From an uncultured Chloroflexia bacterium (GTDB lineage: Bacteria; Chloroflexota; Chloroflexia; QHBQ01; JADMIH01), in assembly GCA_963797095.1 (NCBI GenBank), contig CAWCNY010000002.1, positions 704,001-768,000 on the forward strand: a stretch of 64,000 nucleotides of DNA, written 5' to 3'. Position numbers and translations under genes: made by a program. How positions within the stretch are numbered: the first letter of the stretch is position 1; each line of letters begins with the position of its first letter. Below the pieces are notes generated by a model that saw only the letters and a list, made by a program, of their open reading frames with translations, was not told the origin of the DNA and made no database searches. Shown here piece by piece: positions 19,073 through 29,010 of the stretch.

Positions 19073-19564
19073 GTGAGACGCATTGAGCCGTTCGATGTGA
19101 ACCCGTTTCTGATGTTCATCCAACGCTACATGGTGAATCCCGTTATGACTCCGCTGCTAAGATGGTTTGGGAGCTCAGAACTGATGCTCCTCACCTATAT
19201 CGGTCCCATATCCGGCCGGCAAGTCACGATCCCCATTGGCTACCGGCAGGAAGGTGATGTAATCACATCGTTCACTCCGTTCGGCTGGTGGAGAAGCTTG
19301 CGTGGTGGGAGGGAGGTCACCCTCGACATCCGCCGGCACGAGATCCGTGGCATCGCCGAGCCAGTCACGGATCTCGAGACGGTGACCGAGGAATTGATGA
19401 GGTATCTCGAGGGCAACCCGGGGGATGCGCGCTTCTTTAAGATCCGGATAGGCCTGGACCATCATCCCGATCCTGTCGACGTTGGGAAGGTCGCGCCGCA
19501 CGTGGTGATGATCCGGATCCATCTCCAGCGTCCTCCAGACGCTGTCCCTCCACTCCAGTCATAG
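19073..19564 (+). CDS. Deazaflavin(F420)-dependent nitroreductase-like split-barrel protein
   Basis: LMLLTYIGPISGRQVTIPIGY..WWRSL motif; GAGGAGG RBS. Confidence 0.7.
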   Translation: MRRIEPFDVNPFLMFIQRYMVNPVMTPLLRWFGSSELMLLTYIGPISGRQVTIPIGYRQEGDVITSFTPFGWWRSLRGGREVTLDIRRHEIRGIAEPVTDLETVTEELMRYLEGNPGDARFFKIRIGLDHHPDPVDVGKVAPHVVMIRIHLQRPPDAVPPLQS

Positions 19565-19807
19565 GGAGCACGTGGCTTCGGTCAGGCGTCCTTCTCTTCC
19601 GCAAGGCGGGACTGCTGCGCCTGCTCGAGCCATGACCAGGCCGATGCGGGTGCAGCCGCTATCGAGGATATCTGCGACTGGCTGCTGCGCCACGCTCCTC
19701 GGCGCTTGATAGCGCGGGAGAGCCACGAGGATCTTTGACTCGATCCTCGTGGCTCTGAAGCTGAGCCGCGGCAAAAGGAGACTGCAAGGAATCTAAGGCG
19801 AGGAAAC

Positions 19808-19891
19808 ATGCAACCACCACGTTGGCGCCCACCGATCGAGCGTTCACTACAAGAGGAACAGATTGTGAAACGGATACGGCGAGCAAAATTG
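19808..19891 (+). pseudogene. 5' stub of an IS1182-like transposase
   Basis: MQPPRWRPPIERSLQEEQIVKRIRRAKL aligns with MRPAVWEPPIELSTLEQQVVKRIRRAKL of 22459-24024. Confidence 0.8.
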
Positions 19892-20011
19892 TTGCAACAC
19901 TACCAGTTATTACATACTACAGGGGAACACTGCCTGGAAGCCCTGGGCGAGGCTTTGAATGTGTGTCTGGTGTTGAGAAAAGGCAAACAGTTAGCATAAC
20001 CTCGGTCAAAG

Positions 20012-20038
20012 TGTCACAGAATCACCTCTCCATCTGTC
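20012..20038 (+). promoter_or_regulatory. Putative ECF41 promoter
   Basis: TGTCACA-N16-TGTC versus the known ECF41 consensus TGTCACA-N16-CGTC; upstream of an oxidoreductase-ECF41 operon. Confidence 0.75.
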
Positions 20039-20084
20039 TCTATTCATGAAGGGCAACTCAAACCACTTTCATGAGGTGATACAG

Positions 20085-21359
20085 ATGGAAACAAAACAGG
20101 CCAGGATCATTGTAATCGGCGCGGGTTATGCCGGGCTACTGGCAACAGTTAGGCTGGCAGGTAGATTGCGTAAGCATATTGGCAAGACTTCCGTGCAGAT
20201 AACGTTGGTAAGCGCTTCGGACACATACGTCGAGCGGCTTCGTCTCCACCAGTTGGCGACGAACAGGCCGGTCAAATCGCGCTCCATCACGCATTTATTG
20301 AGCGGAACCGGGGTGAGTTTCATACAAGGCCACGTTACTGGCCTCGATCCATCCGGGCGCTCGGTGCGCGTGCAAACTGAGGCAGGGCCGCTTCAACTCC
20401 AGTACGACCGCCTCGTTTACGCCCTCGGCAGCGTGACGGACCGCGATACCGTGCCTGGTGTGCGTGACTACGCGTACACCCTTTCAACCGAGGGGCACCT
20501 ATCAGTATCGTATTTGCGTGAGAAATTGCTCGCGCTCAATACTTCGGGCGGCACTCTTGTGGTGTGTGGAGCGGGGCCGACAGGCATCGAGTCGGCAGCG
20601 GAGTTTGCCGCGGCATACCCCAACGTTCGCGTCCACCTTGTCACGGCGGGTACTTTCGGACAGCTCTGGGGCAGCGACACCCCTGCTGCAGCACGCGCAG
20701 CCGCCGAATATATGCGTAAGTCGCTCGAGAAGCTGGGAGTGAGCATCCAGGAGCAAACTACAGTTACCGAAGTCAGAACGAGGGAGATTCAGACCGATAA
20801 GGGTGCAATCGCATGCGATCTTTGCCTGTGGACGGGAGGTTTCATCGCACCGGCGCTCGCCCGCCAGGGAGGTCTCGCGGTGAACGAGCAGGGCCAGATT
20901 CTCGTTGATATTTTCCTGCGTTCGATTTCACATCCTGACATCACGGCAGTGGGTGACGCTGCTTATCCGATCGAAGAGCCGGGTGTGCATGTACGGATGT
21001 GCGCCGCCACCGCAGTCGTTATGGGCGCTCATGGTGCCGACTGCATGGCTGCGCAACTGCAAGGCCGCACGCCAAAACCTCTTAGCTTTGCCTATCAGGG
21101 CCAGTGTATAGCCCTCGGCCCTCGCAATGCTATAGGCTTCAACAACTTCCCCAACGACACACCTAACCGCCCGTTTTGGACCGGCCGCTTAGGTTACTGG
21201 GTGCGAGAACTAGTGCTCGGCTACCTTGTCTTCCTGCCGCTCATGGAACGCCGCTGGCCTGGGTCCTACTTCTGGTTCGGCAAAAGTCGCTATGCGCGGT
21301 CGCTACGTGAAAAGCAAAAGTTGGAGCATACAAGGGCAGACGCCTATAATCAGGTATAA
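20085..21359 (+). CDS. NAD(P)/FAD-dependent oxidoreductase (NDH-2-like, Pyr_redox_2)
   Basis: IIVIGAGYAG, YDRLVYALGS, VCGAGPTGIESAAE, AVGDAA; GAGGTG RBS. Confidence 0.88.
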   Translation: METKQARIIVIGAGYAGLLATVRLAGRLRKHIGKTSVQITLVSASDTYVERLRLHQLATNRPVKSRSITHLLSGTGVSFIQGHVTGLDPSGRSVRVQTEAGPLQLQYDRLVYALGSVTDRDTVPGVRDYAYTLSTEGHLSVSYLREKLLALNTSGGTLVVCGAGPTGIESAAEFAAAYPNVRVHLVTAGTFGQLWGSDTPAAARAAAEYMRKSLEKLGVSIQEQTTVTEVRTREIQTDKGAIACDLCLWTGGFIAPALARQGGLAVNEQGQILVDIFLRSISHPDITAVGDAAYPIEEPGVHVRMCAATAVVMGAHGADCMAAQLQGRTPKPLSFAYQGQCIALGPRNAIGFNNFPNDTPNRPFWTGRLGYWVRELVLGYLVFLPLMERRWPGSYFWFGKSRYARSLREKQKLEHTRADAYNQV

Positions 21360-21379
21360 ACAGACAAGAAGGGCTGCTG

Positions 21380-22267
21380 ATGGTTGATGCCGCAGAACAG
21401 TTCGAGCAATACCGCCCACTTATGTTCTCTATAGCCTATCGGATGTTGGGGAGCGCCTCTGAGGCCGAGGATGTCGTTCAAGAAGCCTACCTTCGCTATC
21501 GCAAGGTGCCCCCTAAGACCATCGGCTCGCCCAAGGCTTTCCTCAGCACGGTCGTCACCCGGCTCAGCATCAATTACCTGGAGCTGGCTCGCACCAAGCG
21601 CGAGGTATACGTGGGTCCCTGGCTCCCTGAGCCCCTGCCAACGGAGAGCGACATGCAGGCCAATCGCGAGAGTCCTGAAGATCGCCCGATCCTGCACGAA
21701 TCGATTTCGATGGCTTTTCTAGTTTTGCTGGAGCAGCTGACCCCTGTGGAGCGGGCCGTTTTCTTGCTGCGAGAAGTCTTCGAATACGAATACTCCGAAA
21801 TAGCCGAGATCGTCGGTAAGGAAGAAGCCACCTGCCGGCAGCTATTGAGCCGCGCCAGAAAGCATATATCGGACCATCGCCCCCGCTTCAAGCCCAGCCG
21901 CCAGGCCCACAAGAGACTGTTGGAAAGCTTCTTACGAGCCACGACCATCGGAGATATGGATGGTCTGACCGCCATGCTGCGGGACGATGTACAGGTGTGG
22001 TCGGACGGCGGGGGGAAAGTGCGCGGGGCAGCCACTCGTCCGCTGTATGGCCGCAACGCCGTTGCTAGCTTCGCGATGTCGGTCATCCGCTACCTGCAGG
22101 AGAGCGAGAGCTATCTTTTTGAGATAATGGACGTCAATGGTGAACCGGCTGCTATCTTGCGCATAGACGGGAAGATCCTGGTGGCCCTGTTCATTGAAGA
22201 AGAAGATGGTTACATCAAGATCATCCGCGCCATCGCCAACCCCGACAAGCTACAGCATCTCCACTAA
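21380..22267 (+). CDS. ECF41 (SigJ-like) sigma factor with C-terminal SnoaL-like domain
   Basis: YVGPWLPEP, SDGGGKV and NPDKL signature motifs. Confidence 0.92.
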   Translation: MVDAAEQFEQYRPLMFSIAYRMLGSASEAEDVVQEAYLRYRKVPPKTIGSPKAFLSTVVTRLSINYLELARTKREVYVGPWLPEPLPTESDMQANRESPEDRPILHESISMAFLVLLEQLTPVERAVFLLREVFEYEYSEIAEIVGKEEATCRQLLSRARKHISDHRPRFKPSRQAHKRLLESFLRATTIGDMDGLTAMLRDDVQVWSDGGGKVRGAATRPLYGRNAVASFAMSVIRYLQESESYLFEIMDVNGEPAAILRIDGKILVALFIEEEDGYIKIIRAIANPDKLQHLH

Positions 22268-22438
22268 GAAGCTCAGGATCCTTATTCCGGCTTCCTATTC
22301 CGTTGGTACTCACACCCGGTAGCAAGTAGCACGGCAGCTTGCGAGGGGGAACGTTGCAGTCTGATTTGGGCGGGCAATACCTGATGCTAGCAGCCTAGCA
22401 GCACGGGGCAGATCATACTCCAGGTCAATTGAGCGCGT

Positions 22439-24129
22439 CTAGAGCATCGGTCAAGTAATCAGGCAGCCGCAGCCAAGAACTGCGGGGAACGAGCCAATAC
22501 ATGCAGATTGTTCACCACAGCACAGCGCCGCAGATCAAACAGGTTCTTGCGTACGCCAATGTAGCGGGCGTCCTCGCCCTGCCAGTGCCCGACGTGCGCC
22601 AAGCTGTGCTCTACCCCCACCCGTTCCCGCAGCTTGGCTCGTCCGCTGGCTGTCTGCTGCCGCTCCCGCAACTCCGCCAGCAACGCCTCATCCGGGTGGA
22701 TACTCACGCTGCGCCCTGCTTTACTACTCGTGCAGCGCTCCCGCAATCCACAGGCGTCGCACTGCTCGACCGGAAAATGCACCAGAGCTCCCAGCTCGAA
22801 GTTCAACTCGATGCCGTTGGGGCAACGGATCGTCTGCTTCTCCCAATCGAGGGTGAACGCCGTCTTGTCGAAGTAAACCCCGTTGCGCACCGGCCAAGTC
22901 TTACAATAGACTTGCTGGCCACCCTGGCGCTGGCGCACCCAACTGCTACTCAGGTAGGCACGATCGATGTGCAACTCGCGCCAACTGATGCCCAGGTGCA
23001 ACAGGTCCGCGGCCATGCTCTCAGTCACGCTAGCCTCCGGCGCATTGGCTGGCGTGATGCCGACTGCCACCAGCAACTCACTATCCAAGTCACGCAGCAC
23101 ATGGCGCTTGTAACCATCGATCAAGCGGCTCTTGCTCTTGCGACCATGACGCATCTGGGCGTCCTCGATGCTGATGCGTCGCTCTGGCGCGACCCCTTGC
23201 CGCAAGATCGCCCCACCCGCAGCATCCGTGGTCACGTCTTGCTCTTGTACTTGCGCGGCAGCAGCCAGGCTAGCCTTGACCTGGGGCTGCTCAACCGCAT
23301 CTTGTTCGCGCAGATAAGCTTCACCGGCAGCAAGTGCCGCCAGCACCAACTGCAAGGCTTGTTGTTGCTGCGCCGGGTCGTCCCAATCCAGATCGAGTGC
23401 CGCCTTGAGGCTGGAGCCCGAGACCAACTCCGCCCCAGCCGCACTTGCCACCTCCGCCAGCTCCCGCCCCTGCTGCGCGGCCAACACGCCCAAAGCCTTA
23501 CGCAGGGCGTGACCCAACAGATTGAAGGTATCTTCCACCCGTGCGGCACCCCACAGGGGACTGCTGTCAAGGGCCACCCGCAACTGGCGCGAACCGAAGT
23601 CGCCACTTTGTTCAGCCAACTCAACGGTACGCTCAATCAAGCGACGGTCGAGGTTGTGTTTGATGAGAGCGGCACGAAAGGCGACCAGGGTACCCTTGCT
23701 GAAGGGGGCGGTGTCGCTGTCGAGACAATCGAGAACCAGTTGCCAGCGGCGGTCCATCAGGCTAGCCTCGATGACCTCGTCGTCGGAAACCCCGCTGTAG
23801 GCTTGCAGCAGCGTAGCCAAGGCGAGTTGAGCGGGCGGAATAGGAGGTTGACCACGAGAGCTATCCTCATAGAGGGTAGCCAGCTCAGCTTGGAAATCGA
23901 TGGAAAAGAGGCGGTGGCGGTGCAGGCGCAAGAAGACAAAGAGCTTGGCGCGACGAATACGCTTGACGACCTGTTGTTCAAGGGTAGAGAGTTCAATAGG
24001 AGGCTCCCAGACAGCGGGGCGCATGGCATTATTCCTTTCTGTTGGCCTATAGTTGGTTTGCCAACTCTAGCAAACCATGCCCTGTCCGCCTTGTCAAGCC
24101 TTCGCCCGATTACTTGACCGATGTTCTAG
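22439..24129 (-). mobile_element. Complete IS1182-like insertion sequence
   Basis: 18-bp TIRs AGCATCGGTCAAGTAATC (22443-60) / GATTACTTGACCGATGTT (24108-25), 17/18 match, each flanked by CTAG. Confidence 0.88.
22459..24024 (-). CDS. IS1182-like DDE transposase
   Basis: DUF772-like N-terminus, ALDSSPL, DGYKRH, IDRAY, C-x2-C-x4-C, RERVGVEHSL; intact and ends inside the TIR. Confidence 0.88.
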   Translation of the reverse strand: MRPAVWEPPIELSTLEQQVVKRIRRAKLFVFLRLHRHRLFSIDFQAELATLYEDSSRGQPPIPPAQLALATLLQAYSGVSDDEVIEASLMDRRWQLVLDCLDSDTAPFSKGTLVAFRAALIKHNLDRRLIERTVELAEQSGDFGSRQLRVALDSSPLWGAARVEDTFNLLGHALRKALGVLAAQQGRELAEVASAAGAELVSGSSLKAALDLDWDDPAQQQQALQLVLAALAAGEAYLREQDAVEQPQVKASLAAAAQVQEQDVTTDAAGGAILRQGVAPERRISIEDAQMRHGRKSKSRLIDGYKRHVLRDLDSELLVAVGITPANAPEASVTESMAADLLHLGISWRELHIDRAYLSSSWVRQRQGGQQVYCKTWPVRNGVYFDKTAFTLDWEKQTIRCPNGIELNFELGALVHFPVEQCDACGLRERCTSSKAGRSVSIHPDEALLAELRERQQTASGRAKLRERVGVEHSLAHVGHWQGEDARYIGVRKNLFDLRRCAVVNNLHVLARSPQFLAAAA

Positions 24130-24500
24130 GGGATCTTCGTGCTCCAAAAGGGTTTATGCGTGCTAAAAGGAGGGGATGAAAGAGAAGGACAAACGAGCGT
24201 TCCTCTGCTAAGATAGGTTTCGACCAAGAAGCCCACAAATGCAATATACAAGACCCCTGCTTAGTGTTACCAAGTTTGGCGCGTTCAGTACGTATGTTTG
24301 GCGGCACATTGTTGCTCGATCAACTCGTCGCCTCCCAAATATCGTGGAAAGCTGCCTTTTTCAGTCCTCAGGCTGATCGGATACCGCCCTGGGGTTGATG
24401 ACGGATCTCCTGACATCGGGCATGCTCTGAGTGACGAGACCGAACGGTTCGCTCAAGTTGGGCAAATCCAGGCCATGCCCCACCCCGAAGGAGATCATAT

Positions 24501-25292
24501 ATGGTACAAACGACCGCAACGAGACACTCCGCGACATTCCCACAGGGCAGCCCGTTGATCAGCGTGGAACACCTGACGCGCACCATCGCCACCCGCACGC
24601 AACGGACGGTTATCCTCGATGACGTGACCTTCACTATTCCAGCGCAAGGTTTGTTCGCCATCAACGGGCCGTCGGGCAGCGGCAAATCGACGCTGCTCAA
24701 TATGCTGACCGGCATCGACCGTCCAAGCAGCGGGCGCATCATCTTCGGCGCTGAGGAACTGAGCGCCAACAGTGAGAACGCCCTGGCGCGCTGGCGCGGA
24801 GAACATGTCGGGATCATCTTCCAGTTCTTCCAATTAGTCCCCACGCTCACCGCTATGGAGAATGTCTTGCTTGCGTTGGAACTGGGCAAAGGTGGCGGGC
24901 TCCCCCGCCATGCCTGGCGTGAGCGTGCGCAGGACTGCCTTGAGATCGTGGGCATGGGCGCGTTCGGCAACCGGCTGCCCAGCGAGCTTTCCGGCGGGCA
25001 GCAGCAGCGGGTCGCGATTGCACGGGCGCTGTCGAATGATCCGCCGGTCATGGTGGCCGATGAGCCGACCGGCAATCTCGACTCCCACACGGCGCACGCC
25101 GTCTTTGACACGCTCGCCGGCCTGACCCAACGCGGCAAAACCGTCGTGTATGTAACCCATGACCGCGAATTAGCCGCCCGCGCTGAGGCGCGTATTGATC
25201 TGCTTGATGGGCGCATAGTTGGACAGCATAGCGCGAACGCGCTGATGGCATCTTCGCCGGGGGTGCGCCGCCCCGGAGGGGACCCCGTATGA
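24501..25292 (+). CDS. LolD/MacB-type ABC ATP-binding protein
   Basis: GPSGSGKST, LSGGQQQRVAIARAL, ADEPTGNLD, VTHD. Confidence 0.93.
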   Translation: MVQTTATRHSATFPQGSPLISVEHLTRTIATRTQRTVILDDVTFTIPAQGLFAINGPSGSGKSTLLNMLTGIDRPSSGRIIFGAEELSANSENALARWRGEHVGIIFQFFQLVPTLTAMENVLLALELGKGGGLPRHAWRERAQDCLEIVGMGAFGNRLPSELSGGQQQRVAIARALSNDPPVMVADEPTGNLDSHTAHAVFDTLAGLTQRGKTVVYVTHDRELAARAEARIDLLDGRIVGQHSANALMASSPGVRRPGGDPV

Positions 25293-27733
25293 GCGCCAGC
25301 CTGAAAAAGTCGTTCGCCGATGTGGCGCGGCGCAAGGGGCGCACGCTGATGGTCGTGCTGGGCATCTTCACCGGCGTGCTGGGCCTGACGGGCGTCACGT
25401 TCATTCAGCAGACCATCTTATCCGCCTTTACCTACAGCACGGGCACCACCGCAAACTCCCCGGATCTTACGCTCCAGGTTAATCGGCTTGATCCCGAGCT
25501 GATACCGCAGCTTTCCGCCCTTGCAAACGTGCAAGCGGTGCAAATGCGATCGGTCTTCGCGACACAATGGCACGTCAGCGCCACGCCTGGACACGTGCCC
25601 ATCACTCTTGTCAGCTATCCTGACTTGCAACACGTGCCCATCACGCCGTTTCAGCTGACGAGCGGGCGCGAACCGCTGGTGGGGGGCGAGATCGTACTGG
25701 AGCATGGGGACCAGGACTTACAGCCGGTCTCCATTGGCGATACGATCACCCTGGACATCAATCAGAAGACCACCACTTTGCGCGTCGTAGGCTTTGCGCG
25801 CACCCAGGGGTTGCCAAGTCCGGCGGGCAGCGGTACTGCGCGCGGGTATATGAGTGAAGCCGCCATGAATCAGGCGTTTGGGTCCTTTGCAGCTGCGCCG
25901 GGCAGCCCGGGGCCGCAGTTACTGCAAGAAGTCGAGGTCAAGGTCCAGAACATCAGCCAGATGATAACAACGCAGGACGCGCTGGCTCAAGCGCTTCGGG
26001 CGAAAGGCCTGACCGTCCTGAACATGACCATCAACCAACCAATTAACCAGGAAGAAATCAACACCGCCAACGGCGTTTTTACGCTACTGCTGATGTTATC
26101 CGTCCTGGCGGTGATTTTGAGCGCACTTCTCATTCTCAACACCGTCATCACGCTCATTGCCGAGCAAACGCCGATCATCGGCACGCTAAAAGCCATAGGC
26201 GGGACTCGCGGCACCATTGTGCGTGGCTACCTGCTCTCAGTGGTGATCTACAGCACGGTTGCAACCTTACCCGCCATCGCTTTGGGACTGCTTCTGGGGT
26301 ATCCGCTGGCGTCCGCTCTTGCCAGCGCAAGTTCGCTCGCTGTGGGGCCATTTACCGTCTTCCCATGGATCATCATCCTTGGCCTGGCGGTAGGCTTTGG
26401 CGTGCCACTGCTTTCAGCCCTCTTGCCGCTCTGGATCGGCACGCGCATCACAGTGCGCGAGGCGCTTTCTGCCTATGGTATCAGCGCCGGTGCCGGGCAC
26501 GCTGGGAATCGCCTCGCCAGGCTGGCACAGCGCCTGACCGGGGTCTCGCAGACGACCTGGCTGGGGCTGCGCGGTGTCTTCCGCAAACGCTGGCGGGCGG
26601 CGCTGACCCTGCTGACGCTGACCCTGGCAGGGGCCACCTTCCTGGTGGTGCAGACGGCCACCGCCGCCACCAATCAGACCACAGCCAACGCGTTCGCTCC
26701 CTATCATTACGATGTCCTTGCTGAGATATATGCGCAAGACGCGCCGCTGGTGGCGCAGATCAGCGCGCTCCCCAACGTGGGAAGGGTGGAACGCTACCGA
26801 GAGGACGAGGGAGCAGAGAGCCAATGGGGGCAACTGCGCCTGCTGGGCTTTCAGCCGGATACGAAGCTCTACACCCCACAGATCATCAGCGGGCGCTGGC
26901 TTTCCCCCAGCGACACAGATGCTGTCGTGCTGAACGAGGAGGCCACCGCGGCTACGGGCTTGCACGTCGGTGATACCCTGACCCTTTCGAGGAATCAGTG
27001 TTTTAACAGCAACTGTCAGACTACACAGGGTAATCAGGCCCCCTGGACCATTATCGGCATCATACATCAGCCAATGTATGATCTTGGGACAATTGGCACA
27101 GTGATAACCTCAGTGGAGAACGCCAATCAATTTTTCGGCGACCCCGCCGATTTGACGCCTGAGCTGCTGGTAGAGGCGCAGGACCGCTCGCCAGGTGCCG
27201 TAGATGCCCTCACCAGGCAGGTCGATCAACTGGTCAATGGAGGTAATGCAAATGGAGGACAGTTGATGATTAGTGGAGGACAGGTTGAGACCATACAGCA
27301 AGTGGTCCAATATCGCCAGCAAAGTTGGGTGATCTTCTATGTCCTGCTCTACAGCGTGGCGCTGATAGTGGGGGCGGTAGGCATCCTGGGGCTGGCAGAC
27401 GCGCTGGCTGCCTCGGTGCTGGAACGACGGCGAGAGATCGGCCTGCTGCGCGCGATGGGGGCAAGCGACTGGCGAGTGGCGCGCGTCTTCTGGGTCGAAG
27501 GTCTGGCGCTGGGCGGCATCGCCTGGCTTTTGGCGCTGCTGTTGGGGCTTCCGCTGGCCTATGGGTTCATCCAGGTGATGAGCAAGCTGGTGTTTCGGGT
27601 GGACTTCATCATCGCCCCTTCGGCCTTTGTGGTGATGCTGGTCGCCGTGCTCATCATCTCGACACTGGCGAGCATCATTCCGGCGCTGCAAGCTTCGCAC
27701 GTGCGCATCGCCGATATGCTGCGCTATGAATAG
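25289..27733 (+). CDS. Double FtsX/MacB-type ABC permease
   Basis: Two FtsX repeats (EQTPIIGTLKAIG; ERRREIGLLRAMGA) with large extracellular domains. Confidence 0.9.
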   Translation: MSASLKKSFADVARRKGRTLMVVLGIFTGVLGLTGVTFIQQTILSAFTYSTGTTANSPDLTLQVNRLDPELIPQLSALANVQAVQMRSVFATQWHVSATPGHVPITLVSYPDLQHVPITPFQLTSGREPLVGGEIVLEHGDQDLQPVSIGDTITLDINQKTTTLRVVGFARTQGLPSPAGSGTARGYMSEAAMNQAFGSFAAAPGSPGPQLLQEVEVKVQNISQMITTQDALAQALRAKGLTVLNMTINQPINQEEINTANGVFTLLLMLSVLAVILSALLILNTVITLIAEQTPIIGTLKAIGGTRGTIVRGYLLSVVIYSTVATLPAIALGLLLGYPLASALASASSLAVGPFTVFPWIIILGLAVGFGVPLLSALLPLWIGTRITVREALSAYGISAGAGHAGNRLARLAQRLTGVSQTTWLGLRGVFRKRWRAALTLLTLTLAGATFLVVQTATAATNQTTANAFAPYHYDVLAEIYAQDAPLVAQISALPNVGRVERYREDEGAESQWGQLRLLGFQPDTKLYTPQIISGRWLSPSDTDAVVLNEEATAATGLHVGDTLTLSRNQCFNSNCQTTQGNQAPWTIIGIIHQPMYDLGTIGTVITSVENANQFFGDPADLTPELLVEAQDRSPGAVDALTRQVDQLVNGGNANGGQLMISGGQVETIQQVVQYRQQSWVIFYVLLYSVALIVGAVGILGLADALAASVLERRREIGLLRAMGASDWRVARVFWVEGLALGGIAWLLALLLGLPLAYGFIQVMSKLVFRVDFIIAPSAFVVMLVAVLIISTLASIIPALQASHVRIADMLRYE

Positions 27734-27737
27734 AAGA

Positions 27738-27860
27738 CCAGTTGTCAGTTGTCAGTTGTCAGTAGACCAGTGGGCAGAATGTCGACACCGAACTGCCCCC
27801 TGCTTACTAACCCCTGGTCCGTGGCCCGTAGCCCCTGGTATACTGACAACTGACAACTGG
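27738..27860. repeat. Inverted pair of 7-bp tandem repeats (CAGTTGT)n/(ACAACTG)n
   Basis: CCAGTTGTCAGTTGTCAGTTGTCAGTA ... TACTGACAACTGACAACTGG can form a long hairpin between the permease and kinase genes. Confidence 0.8.
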
Positions 27861-27879
27861 TAACGCGAGGAAGGGTGAC

Positions 27880-29010
27880 ATGCACAGCATACGCACACGC
27901 TTTGGCGGACTCTATTGGCGGCTGACCGCCTCCTATTTTGCGGTCACCTTGCTGGCAGCCGTCATCGTCGAGATCGCCGTCACCCTTCGCTCCAGCCTCC
28001 AAGATTACCAAAACGTGTCTGTCCACCCTATGAGCATTCACGATTACCAATCTGTGACTGTCACCGGTTCACCCACACCATTCGAGTTCTCCCAGTTTCT
28101 CAGCATCTTTTGGAACAACTTCCAGGTCAATGGCCCCTATTTCATCCTGCTCGCCAGCGTGGTCGGCACACTGACCGGCCTGGTGATCACTCGCAACGTC
28201 ACCCGCCGGCTGCGACGCATCACCCAGGCGGCGGAATCCTGGAGCAAAGGCGAGTTTGGGGTCGAGGTGCGCGATCCCACCCGTGATGAAATCGGCCAGC
28301 TTGGGCAGGATCTCAACGGCATGGCCGAACAACTCCACACCCTGCTGGCGACCCGCGAGGAGCTTGCGGCAATCGAGGAACGCAACCGGCTGGCACGCGA
28401 TCTACACGACTCAATTAAGCAAAACGTGTTCGCCACTGCCCTGTTGGTGGGTGCGGCGCGCACCCATCTGCCGCCGGATGTGCTGCCGGCGCAGACGTAT
28501 CTCGCCGAGGCCGAGGCGCTGGCCGAGCAGACGCGCCAGGAATTGACCGCTCTCATCCGCGAAATGCGCCCGCCCCGCCTCGAAGATAGAGGGCTGGCCG
28601 TCGTCCTGCGCGACTACGCCGGTAACTGGTCACGCCGCATGGGCATCGCCGTCGCCATACAGGTTCAGGGCGAGCGAGGCATCGCGCTCGACATTGAGGA
28701 GGCGCTATTTCGCGTGGCGCAGGAAGCGCTTGCCAACATCGCTCATCACAGCGGAGCCGCACATGTCACCATCCATCTCGCGTTGGACGACGCGCAGGTG
28801 CACCTGACCATCGCCGACGATGGTACCGGCTTCGACGTGGCGCATGCCAACGGGCGCGGCGTGGGATTGGCCAGCATGCGTGAGCGCGTGGTCGCACACA
28901 ACGGCTCGCTGCACATCGCCGGCACGGCGGGAGCGACGACAGTGGAGGCGATCGTCCCGCTGCAGCCTGCTGAGAACCCGGCCCAGTTGGCGGTGCGAGG
29001 GAAACAATGA
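27880..29010 (+). CDS. HAMP + HisKA_3 sensor histidine kinase (LiaS/NarX-like)
   Basis: DEIGQLGQDLNGMA, EERNRLARDLHDSIKQ, QEALANIAHHS, DDGTGF, GVGLASMRER. Confidence 0.93.
   Translation: MHSIRTRFGGLYWRLTASYFAVTLLAAVIVEIAVTLRSSLQDYQNVSVHPMSIHDYQSVTVTGSPTPFEFSQFLSIFWNNFQVNGPYFILLASVVGTLTGLVITRNVTRRLRRITQAAESWSKGEFGVEVRDPTRDEIGQLGQDLNGMAEQLHTLLATREELAAIEERNRLARDLHDSIKQNVFATALLVGAARTHLPPDVLPAQTYLAEAEALAEQTRQELTALIREMRPPRLEDRGLAVVLRDYAGNWSRRMGIAVAIQVQGERGIALDIEEALFRVAQEALANIAHHSGAAHVTIHLALDDAQVHLTIADDGTGFDVAHANGRGVGLASMRERVVAHNGSLHIAGTAGATTVEAIVPLQPAENPAQLAVRGKQ

Noticed and set aside
22501-24117. 538-aa plus-strand ORF
   Set aside because: Antisense shadow of the IS1182-like transposase with no recognisable motifs
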